From the IMG/VR virus record IMGVR_UViG_3300046333_000090: 64,000 nt of DNA. One strand, 5' to 3'. This stretch comes from a virus. Within the stretch, counting starts at the first letter, position 1, and each line of letters opens with the position of its first letter. The translations under genes and the position numbers were made by a program. The notes beneath the pieces are model-generated. The model was not told the origin of the DNA. It did not search any database and saw nothing but the letters and a program-made list of their open reading frames with translations. Below, in pieces: positions 40,461 to 48,603 of the stretch.

Positions 40461-41846
40461 ATGTCTTACGGAAATCAAATGTTAGGAATTGAGCAATTGT
40501 TGGAAAAATGGGCACCAGTACTAAATGCCCAGAGTCAAGTAGAAATCAAAGACGAATATAAACGAAAATGTACAGCAATCTTACTGGAGAACCAAGAACG
40601 AGATAATCGTTCACAAAAAGAAATGTTGTTTGAGTCTCCTACCAACTCTGCTGGTAACGGTGGTTTTACTGGCGGTGCTGCATCTACTCCAGTAGCAGGT
40701 TACGATCCTGTGCTAATTTCGATGGTACGTCGTTCTATGCCCAAAATGATGGCATATGATGTTTGTGGGGTACAACCACTAACTGCACCATCTGGACTAA
40801 TATTTTCTCTGCGTTCTCATTTCGGTACAGATCGAGATGGTAATGGTGCTACCCCCAATGTTTACACCAATGAACTATTTTATAATGAAACTGATACTGC
40901 ACGTTCTGCTAATGGTGGGGTATACACACCAGTGGCAGGAAATCTAGAAGACAACCCAGCAGTACTAAATCCTGGTGCTAGTGGTATTCCTGGTGCATAC
41001 ACTTATTCTCAAGGTATGCCAACAGCTATTCAAGAATCTTTGGGGGAAAGTGGTAATGCTTTCCGCGAAGTCAGTTTCTCCATCGAAAAATTCTTAGTAG
41101 AAGCAAAAGGTCGTGCGCTAAAAGCAAGCTACTCTCTTGAACTACAACAAGATTTGAAAGCAGTACATGGTCTAGATGCAGAATCCGAACTAGCAAACAT
41201 CTTGTCTAGTGAGATTATATCTGAGATCAACCGCGAAATCATTCGTACCATTTATGTTACTGCTAGACCAGGGGCACAAAATAACGTAGTTATCCCAGGT
41301 CAATTTGACCTCAACTTGGATTCAAATGGACGTTGGGCAGTAGAACGTTTCAAAGGGTTGTGTTTCCAATTAGAACGTGAAGCAAACGCTGTAGGTCATC
41401 TCACTCGTCGGGGTAAAGCGAATTTCATGATTGTTTCTGCTGATACTGCATCTGCTTTACACGCAGCTAAACAACTTGATTATACTCCAGCAATGGCGGT
41501 AAATGATGTCCCTGATGACACCACCAGTACATATGCTGGTCTGTTCAACAGTCGCATCAAAGTTTATGTAGATCCTTATGCAGCTAATATTTCTGATACC
41601 CACTTTGCAGTACTAGGGTATAAAGGTGCGTCTGCTTGGGATGCAGGTATTTACTACTCCCCATATGTTGCACTACAAATGGTACGAGCAACCGATCCTG
41701 AAACATTCCAACCCAAGATAGGGTATAAATCTCGATATGCAGTAAGTGCTAACCCATTCTCCCAAGGTTCTACTCAGTCTAATGGATCTTTGACTCCCAA
41801 CGCCAACGTTTATTTCCGTAGAATTTCCATCGTGAACTTGAACTGA
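40461..41846 (+). CDS. gp23: Major capsid protein gp23
   Basis: LLENQE, DPVLISMVRR, GVQP, KASYSLELQQDLKAVHGLDAESEL, FQPKIG. Confidence 0.98.
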   Translation: MSYGNQMLGIEQLLEKWAPVLNAQSQVEIKDEYKRKCTAILLENQERDNRSQKEMLFESPTNSAGNGGFTGGAASTPVAGYDPVLISMVRRSMPKMMAYDVCGVQPLTAPSGLIFSLRSHFGTDRDGNGATPNVYTNELFYNETDTARSANGGVYTPVAGNLEDNPAVLNPGASGIPGAYTYSQGMPTAIQESLGESGNAFREVSFSIEKFLVEAKGRALKASYSLELQQDLKAVHGLDAESELANILSSEIISEINREIIRTIYVTARPGAQNNVVIPGQFDLNLDSNGRWAVERFKGLCFQLEREANAVGHLTRRGKANFMIVSADTASALHAAKQLDYTPAMAVNDVPDDTTSTYAGLFNSRIKVYVDPYAANISDTHFAVLGYKGASAWDAGIYYSPYVALQMVRATDPETFQPKIGYKSRYAVSANPFSQGSTQSNGSLTPNANVYFRRISIVNLN

Positions 41847-41938
41847 CCCACGTTATTAAACCTATTGTAAAATAAGTAAAATCTGTTGTAATAGAACTAA
41901 GGAAGTAAAAAACCTTAGTTCTATTTTTTCATTAAATT

Positions 41939-42395
41939 ATGCCTTGGACAAGAACAAAATCATATTATCACAAAATGAACGATATATGTTTTGATACAAA
42001 CCATAAACAGTATCATATGTATGATGCTGTGGGTATATCAGTAGAACTGCGATGGAAGTCAAATTTTGACTCATTTTACGAGGACATGGGAAAATGCCCA
42101 GAAAATTTAAGATTGTGTCGTAAAGACCGAACAAAAAACTTCAACAAAGATAATTGCCACCAGAAAAGCAAACGCAAAACCACAAAGCGAACACCAGAAA
42201 AAAGTAGTATCAGAGTTAATGGCTAAAAAATATATACTTACCGTTCCTAATGGAGTAGAACACCATATCACTAATTTATTGCAATTTTGTTTATTAACAC
42301 CAGAATTGGGTAAGAATGCAAGTGCAAATTTAACAAATGTAGCAAATGGAAAATTAAATCATTACAAGAAGTGGAGAGCAAGAAGAGTTGAATAG
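41939..42395 (+). pseudogene. Decayed homing endonuclease (degenerate HNH part plus separate C-terminal DNA-binding fragment)
   Basis: GISVELRWKSNFDSFYEDMG.CP...KDNC, then MAKKYILTVPNG...NLLQFC...NHYKKW in another frame. Confidence 0.55.
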
Positions 42396-42398
42396 ATC

Positions 42399-42434
42399 AA
42401 AAAGACCTCCTAATTGAGTTTAGGAGGTCTTTTT
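42399..42434. terminator. Bidirectional terminator at the strand switch
   Basis: AAAAAGACCTCCTAA-N6-TTAGGAGGTCTTTTT; same stem core as 24630. Confidence 0.8.
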
Positions 42435-42608
42435 ATTAAATTTAATAATTAATCAAAATGTTCATCATACCACCAGAATTGCATAGTAGTATAAAAAAAA
42501 AATTTATCGGTAGTGATAATATTATATGGAGTGAACATCAAGTTTTTCCAAATAATTAGAGAATATTTAAAGTCGCTCCAACCAAACATAATTTGTCTAA
42601 ACGACCAT

Positions 42609-43355
42609 TTATATGGAGTCATTTTTTAAGCCTTGTAATTTAATATTATTAACATAAGCTTCAATAGGTATATCCCAAGTTGATTGATTTTCTAGATGCG
42701 CTTGAATTAATTGGTCTAGTTTTATCTGATGGTCTGGTGAGAATTGGATAGTATGATCTGGCAACCAATTAGGAGTTTCTTTGAGGTATCTTTTTGGTGT
42801 AACTAAACCTGATTTAGTGCCGAACTGATAGTGAATATTTTGAAGGTAATTAAGTTCTTTGGCACCAAAATTTATACATTTGCCATGTATTCTTGGCATG
42901 GCAATTTTTGTTAGATAGCTAGTACCACTATTATTATATCTTATACCAATAGATAGTCCAGATTTTTTCTTCATTAACACTGTATTAAACCAATGAGTAC
43001 ATAATTCCAAATTAGACAATATATTGTTACTAGGATCTCCGTCGATATGATTGATTACATAATTGCGATTAGTTTTTACTTCATATACTAATTCATGAAT
43101 ATATACAATTTGACCATTTTTACCTGTATTAAATCTACCTTCATTATCAGCACAAAAATTATATTGTTTTAATAGATTTATTTTATCTAGTTCTACAGTA
43201 TTGGTATAAATTTTGCCAGTCTTTGTATTGAGTACATAAAGTTTATCATCTACAAATAATTGATTATATGTTAATGCACCAGTATGGGATTTATATATAT
43301 TATGATGAGGTTGATCAAATTGATAAAGATTGAGTGTTATGTCAAAGTGAATCAT
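42609..43355 (-). CDS. HNH endonuclease, expanded family copy F (intact)
   Basis: MIHFDITLNLYQFDQPHHN; INHIDGDPSNNILSNLE. Confidence 0.88.
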   Translation of the reverse strand: MIHFDITLNLYQFDQPHHNIYKSHTGALTYNQLFVDDKLYVLNTKTGKIYTNTVELDKINLLKQYNFCADNEGRFNTGKNGQIVYIHELVYEVKTNRNYVINHIDGDPSNNILSNLELCTHWFNTVLMKKKSGLSIGIRYNNSGTSYLTKIAMPRIHGKCINFGAKELNYLQNIHYQFGTKSGLVTPKRYLKETPNWLPDHTIQFSPDHQIKLDQLIQAHLENQSTWDIPIEAYVNNIKLQGLKNDSI

Positions 43356-43955
43356 AATCTATATAAATCCATAACCATTATCTTAAAAATTGTTCATTGT
43401 GATGCCACCAGCCTAAAGAAGCATAAAATGCTCTAGTAGATCTAGCATATGCAGGATTAAACATTAATAGTTTCCAGTGATCGTAGGAATCCTTAATATC
43501 TGTATATCCATCTCGAATATATCCTCTTTTATCCTCTTTTTGTTTCCTGAACATTATAGATCTCATTGTAGTGATACCCAACCATCGATTATACCAGACA
43601 AAACAGCAATAATGAAATATTTTGTCTGGTATAATTTATTCATTTATTCTTCGTCGTCATCGTCATCGGCATCATCATCGTCAAAGTCATCCCAATCATT
43701 ATCATCAAAATCTGGAACTGAATCTGGGTCAATTGAATTAATCTTAGCTGATTTTAGTTTTTCTGGAGTAATTGGTAGCATAATTTTATTATCTTAGTTC
43801 TGAGACTATTGTAGTGATTAAGTTTTTGAAAACAGAAATTTCGCTATTCAATGATTGTTCGCTATTTTTAATCATCTCAAGAAATACATTATAGTATTCT
43901 TCAGATAATTGTTCAATATCTTCTTCTTCTTGAGTTGAATAACGACTAGACATAT

Positions 43956-44168
43956 TTATAGATGGGTAGGATAAATAACGCCAGATTTTAGTAATTGATA
44001 AAATACCCCAAAAACATTACCAGAAGAAAATGCCGCTGTTACAAATTCAAATTTGTCTGCGTCTACAGTAAATGGAAATAGTATTTTTGGGGTAGATTCA
44101 AAATAAAAAAATACTTGGTTAGTATCAGGAGAAAAGGTAATAGTAGGCATGAATTTAGGTGTTGACAT
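43956..44168 (-). CDS. KTSC-like small protein, paralogue 2
   Basis: Aligns with 44171-44413 (NQV..F.S.P...P.TV....F..V..AFS....G..Y..L). Confidence 0.55.
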   Translation of the reverse strand: MSTPKFMPTITFSPDTNQVFFYFESTPKILFPFTVDADKFEFVTAAFSSGNVFGVFYQLLKSGVIYPTHL

Positions 44169-44170
44169 AC

Positions 44171-44413
44171 TTATTTTAAGGGAAAAATGATGGAATTATT
44201 GACTAATTCGTGATAAATTGCACCAACAGATTCAGTCAAAGAAAATGCTTCTACTACATAATGAAATCGACCTTCAGCTACAGTATAGGGGTATTGTTTA
44301 TCTGGATTAGAAGTGAAAGTTAAAATTACTTGATTATCACTTTCACTAAAAGATACCTGAGAAATAGCACTAGACTTTTTATTAATATTTGAAGCAATTT
44401 CGGTTGATGGCAT
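44171..44413 (-). CDS. KTSC-like small protein, paralogue 1
   Basis: SSAISQVSF...LTF...Y.Y...F..AFSLTESVG..Y. Confidence 0.6.
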   Translation of the reverse strand: MPSTEIASNINKKSSAISQVSFSESDNQVILTFTSNPDKQYPYTVAEGRFHYVVEAFSLTESVGAIYHELVNNSIIFPLK

Positions 44414-44721
44414 ATATTTTGATTTATTTTGATTTACTCTTATATTCTAGCACATTAATTTTGATTTGGCAAGGACAAACTCGATATTAGAAATTTAATT
44501 ATTTAATTTGTCCAATTGTTTTTGTCTTAACCAAAATGATAGTGTTACCTTTAGCCACTACTTTTGCAAGATGATCTCTTTGTTTTTTTTACATTTTAGT
44601 GTCCATCTGATATGGTCATCCGCACAATTATTGCAGCTACACCCTTCCATAACCGACCCATCACATTGAGGGCAAACACCAATAGAATGACCCATATTTT
44701 TATAGTTTTTATTTAATAAAA

Positions 44722-45378
44722 TTATTGATGTTGCCAAGATTTTCCATTTATTATTCTATAAATGGTTTTTCTATTGACATTAAACGTTGTTGCTATTTGT
44801 TTTTGAGAAACATTTTTTTTATATAGTATCTTAATTTCTTCGATATCCTTTTCAGTTAATTTTGCACATCCATTTTGTATACCAATATTTTTTCCCTTCA
44901 CTGATTTAGATATATTATCTTTATGTTCTTTTGTTAGAGATTTGCCCTTTTTCGCATCAGATAATTTCTTTTTAATTTCATTAGACATAATATGTCCAGG
45001 TTTAAACCCACTGGAAGAATATATCATGTTCATACAATTCACGTCACTATAATGTTTTTCTATCCACAACTCTTCTGCTATATACAAATCTTCTATCGAA
45101 CTGTATATGCCTAAAATTATTTTGGATAATTTATTTTTATCTTTAATTTTTCTAATCCAAACACCCGAACCAAAATACCCGTCATTTAATATATCTTTTT
45201 TTGTTGTTGAGTGTCTGCCGATATAATACTTATCATTCCCTTCCAATAATGTTTTATAAACGTAATGAGTAACCACAAATTTTTTAATAAAATATACATA
45301 TATATTTATTAAAAAAATGTAGTTACCTGATGCCCCATATAGGTTTACTCCCCAATAGATTTTAATCGTTTTTCCCAA
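44722..45378 (-). CDS. GIY-YIG homing endonuclease with NUMOD3 and HTH (true start probably internal)
   Basis: HYVYKT...YYIGRH...GYFGSG; C-terminal HTH. Confidence 0.8.
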   Translation of the reverse strand: MGKTIKIYWGVNLYGASGNYIFLINIYVYFIKKFVVTHYVYKTLLEGNDKYYIGRHSTTKKDILNDGYFGSGVWIRKIKDKNKLSKIILGIYSSIEDLYIAEELWIEKHYSDVNCMNMIYSSSGFKPGHIMSNEIKKKLSDAKKGKSLTKEHKDNISKSVKGKNIGIQNGCAKLTEKDIEEIKILYKKNVSQKQIATTFNVNRKTIYRIINGKSWQHQ

Positions 45379-45578
45379 CTATCTCCTTCCGCCGGATCCC
45401 CAGTTTTATTAATACACTGGAGTTTTAATGCTACCCCATTTGGATTTTTACTAAGATTAGAACACACCAGTCCAGCCACATCATTAGCTGAAATTGGCTG
45501 AGTAGGTTTATAGGAAAACCTGAATGTACCATCAATGAAATAAACACCACATACAGGACAAATGATAGGATTTTCCAT
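45345..45578 (-). CDS. Small Cys-containing hypothetical protein
   Basis: CPVC...C...CIN pattern. Confidence 0.55.
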   Translation of the reverse strand: MENPIICPVCGVYFIDGTFRFSYKPTQPISANDVAGLVCSNLSKNPNGVALKLQCINKTGDPAEGDSWEKRLKSIGE

Positions 45579-45762
45579 AAAATTAAATAAAAATTACTAT
45601 TTTTTCATTTTCTAATGTGTTTTCATTAATATTACCGCATGGAAACCCAACAGGTTTAGAAGTAGCATGATAACTATAAGTTTCGATATGACAACTTAAA
45701 GTTATCATGCTGTGCTTTAGTTTTCTATAATTCAGCGATGATTTGTGAAATTTTCATAATTT

Positions 45763-46446
45763 TTAAGTGATAGAGTCGCTTTCACAAGCGATCCAGTAAA
45801 TGAGATCCATATTTTCATTACAAAATTTAGAGATTTTCTTTTTACTGATAGAAATCCAGTAGTCGCCAGACAATAGTTTTAAATTGGCTATTTTGAAATT
45901 GAATTCTATATCTGTATCACCAATCACTTCTGGATAATAATTAGATTGTTCCAATTTTATTGTATGATTATTAGTGGCACTATTTGATTTATCACATACT
46001 ACTCCCACCAATACATCATCTACTATCTTAACCACTAGGTCTGGTAAAGATAATTTGGTGGAAAATTGATTAATAGTGGTGATATCGTTATTACGAAGCA
46101 TAAATTCTGCTTCAATATCAGTCATAATAATATCCTTTTCTGGCAGTTTTACTGTTAATACAGTGATATCTGAAAAAAGATATCTTGTAGATTGTCTTTC
46201 GTTTGAAATAGTCAGATGTGTGTCATAAAATATAATATCTGGATCGTCAACGATCTCAACAACAGACAATAATTTATTAAGATCGTAAATAGCAAAATCT
46301 GGAAATGTTTCTTCTACATGGGCAATCGCATATACGTTCTTAGCGTCCGACAAAGTTTTGATAGTATTCCCAGATTTTATAATCAAAGAAGGATTAATTT
46401 TTTGATAATTCTTGAGAATTTTTAGTGTGTCTTTAGAAATTTTCAT
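45763..46446 (-). CDS. gp45: Sliding clamp gp45
   Basis: MKISKDTLKILKNY..INPS...FAIYDLN...NLKLLSGDY...YWIACE. Confidence 0.94.
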   Translation of the reverse strand: MKISKDTLKILKNYQKINPSLIIKSGNTIKTLSDAKNVYAIAHVEETFPDFAIYDLNKLLSVVEIVDDPDIIFYDTHLTISNERQSTRYLFSDITVLTVKLPEKDIIMTDIEAEFMLRNNDITTINQFSTKLSLPDLVVKIVDDVLVGVVCDKSNSATNNHTIKLEQSNYYPEVIGDTDIEFNFKIANLKLLSGDYWISISKKKISKFCNENMDLIYWIACESDSIT

Positions 46447-46753
46447 TTTGATTATTCTCCAATAATAATTCGGGACTAGTAAATGGTTTTCGTGTAAAGT
46501 GTATTAATAAGATGATACAGTGGATCGCCTTAAATAAATCTTTTACGTTGTATGGATTTTTGTTTTCGTCTGCTTTTTTACCATACCTTAACACGTATCG
46601 CATAATAGATGTTTTAAGGTAATCTATAATCATATCCTCACTAGCAAACAAGTCTATTAATTGGACAGATTTAGATTTATAATGTTGTCTGTATGTGCTA
46701 CAAACATATTTTTTAACATCACTTAAAATTTCTTCTTCAGAATAATTAAACAT
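46433..46753 (-). CDS. Conserved T4-like cyanophage protein (DUF3310-like)
   Basis: TYRQHY...RYGKK...DLFKAIHC. Confidence 0.65.
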   Translation of the reverse strand: MFNYSEEEILSDVKKYVCSTYRQHYKSKSVQLIDLFASEDMIIDYLKTSIMRYVLRYGKKADENKNPYNVKDLFKAIHCIILLIHFTRKPFTSPELLLENNQNENF

Positions 46754-46827
46754 TAGTTTTTTTTTGATAATGTATGGTTTAATTAATTTTATCCCAGAAT
46801 AGTATTGACGAGAACAGGCATCTTCTA

Positions 46828-47055
46828 CTATAGAAACAGGGGTATTAACACATATACAAACACTGTTTGTATATTTTTGTCAGATAAATATGAATACAAT
46901 ACCCAGATATTTGTGCCTCTAATAGTTTTAGCCTCTCTCAAAGTTTTTAAAATAGTTTCAGTGATAGTTGTGGAGTTGGTTAATTGGAATAAAAATGATA
47001 AAGCACCTGGATTGCCTTTAGCGTATTTTATAATTTGTTCGGCGGTTAGTGTCAT
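46828..47055 (-). CDS. Hypothetical protein
   Basis: GNPGAL...IRGTNIWVLY motif. Confidence 0.5.
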   Translation of the reverse strand: MTLTAEQIIKYAKGNPGALSFLFQLTNSTTITETILKTLREAKTIRGTNIWVLYSYLSDKNIQTVFVYVLIPLFL

Positions 47056-47248
47056 TTTTTTATCTGTTACTTTTTAAAATTATTCTTTGTAACTGTAGTG
47101 AGATCCAAGAACAGTTTAAATAAACCCATCCTGCATGTTTAATTACTGCCAATGGTCTAAAGCCAAAAAGATCTATATAAATCCATTTTGAATCAAACTC
47201 TCCCTTGTGAAAATATATCCTATTGTGCTTAATCATTAAATTTAATAA

Positions 47249-48052
47249 TTAAGCAGAGTGTAATAATGATATTAATTGAATAGATTCATTTTGATAATGC
47301 TGTTTTCGAGCAGCAGAATAAGCAGCAGCAGTAGCAGAATCAGCAGCAGCAGAATAAGCAGCAGCAGTAGCAGTAGCAGAATAAGCAGCAGTAGCAGAAT
47401 AAGCAGCAGCAGAAGCAGAATAAGCAGCAGTAGCAGAATCAGCAGCAGCAGTAGCAGTAGCAGAATCAGCAGCAGCAGTAGCAGAATAAGCAGCACAAGC
47501 AGCAGAATAAGCAGCAGCAGTAGCAGAATAAGCAGCAGCAGCAGTAGCATAATCAACAGAATAAGCAGCAGAACGAGCAGCATACCATTCGTTTTTACTC
47601 ACTTCCTGTATTAATGCCTTTTTATGTAATTCTGCTACATCTACTATACACTCATCATTACTAAATCTGATTACTCCTCGTTCTGGATCTAATAATCTCC
47701 ATATAGCTAATTTGTGTAATACTGGTTGTAAACACACTCCTACTGGTATAGCTTGTATAGATTCTAAAGGAAATCTCATAGCATCATCATTAGGCAATCC
47801 TTCAAATATATTATCAAATAAATAGCATATCCATTCTGGTAATCCAAAAAAATTACTCATATCTTTATGAGAATTAGAATGAATGCAACAACCTACATGA
47901 CACCCCTTACCATTTTGCCAATAGTGACCTTTAATTATTTGATCGTGGGCATAGTGGGATTGTAGTTGATATAGGAGATCTTGTTTGAGTTGGTCATTAC
48001 CATAGAAAGATAAATTATTGTAACGAGTGTAGGAGTGGGTATAGTCGATCAT
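47249..48052 (-). CDS. Early protein with an Ala-rich tandem repeat tract
   Basis: N-terminal GKGCHVGC domain, then (A)nYS/DS repeats; sigma70 promoter upstream. Confidence 0.75.
   Translation of the reverse strand: MIDYTHSYTRYNNLSFYGNDQLKQDLLYQLQSHYAHDQIIKGHYWQNGKGCHVGCCIHSNSHKDMSNFFGLPEWICYLFDNIFEGLPNDDAMRFPLESIQAIPVGVCLQPVLHKLAIWRLLDPERGVIRFSNDECIVDVAELHKKALIQEVSKNEWYAARSAAYSVDYATAAAAYSATAAAYSAACAAYSATAAADSATATAAADSATAAYSASAAAYSATAAYSATATAAAYSAAADSATAAAYSAARKQHYQNESIQLISLLHSA
47308..47583. repeat. Imperfect tandem repeat (GCA)n-GTA/GAATAA encoding A/T/Y/S
   Basis: About 14 units of gcagcag(tagcag)aataa. Confidence 0.9.
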
Positions 48053-48076
48053 GATGATTAATGTGATGATATAGTT

Positions 48077-48105
48077 ATCATATCATCACTGATTTAGATT
48101 GTCAA
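48077..48105 (-). promoter_or_regulatory. sigma70-type early promoter TTGACA-17-TATGAT
   Basis: Exact spacing; its upstream ~50 bp is repeated at 55153-55203. Confidence 0.8.
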
Positions 48106-48154
48106 CTATTAATTTTGTGGTATGAGAGGGGTCTAGAATGCCCTGTAAGGGGGG

Positions 48155-48367
48155 TTAAATGGATTTAATGTATTTGTTATGGTCAACGCCGTGGGCGATA
48201 TCTTGAGTAATATTATCTGAAGGTTCTGCGATTAATCGAATATAATAAATACCCAAATCACTCCAATGTGGAGTAGCAAGATGCTGATTGACCATACGTC
48301 TAGCACGAGATGCTTTAGTAGGCATGAGCGGTAGACCGCTAGGAGATAAGACGGGTACTCTTTGCAT
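48155..48367 (-). pseudogene. iscB: IscB N-terminal remnant (PLMP/RRXRR domain, truncated at RuvC-I)
   Basis: MQRVPVLSPSGLPLMPTKASRARR...TQDIAHGVD then breaks off. Confidence 0.85.
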
Positions 48368-48602
48368 AGAGATAATCCTAAGAGTAATAAAGTTAACGGT
48401 TCCTTAGACCAACATATCCAAGATGTCCTATTTAATAGAATCTAAACAATTAGATTTATAGAGGTACAGACTAGGAAAATATCTGAACGTATATACCAGG
48501 ATATGTATTGTAGATGTGGTCTAACCACAAATGATCTAGACAAGACTTGAGTTAGATATATTGTTATATCCAAGCCACGGGGTTAACCCCGTGGTTCTTG
48601 AC
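48368..48602 (-). ncRNA. IscB omegaRNA, copy 2
   Basis: GTCAA start, CCACGGGGTTAACCCCGTGG hairpin, immediately 5' of the iscB remnant. Confidence 0.8.
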
Positions 48603-48603
48603 C

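Noticed and set aside
45664-45712. Inverted repeat AGCATGATAACT…AGTTATCATGCT downstream of gp45
   Set aside because: Single occurrence; most simply a terminator-like hairpin
47272-47614. Poly-Leu (-) and poly-Ser (+) ORFs
   Set aside because: Alternative-frame by-products of the GCA repeat in the Ala-rich gene
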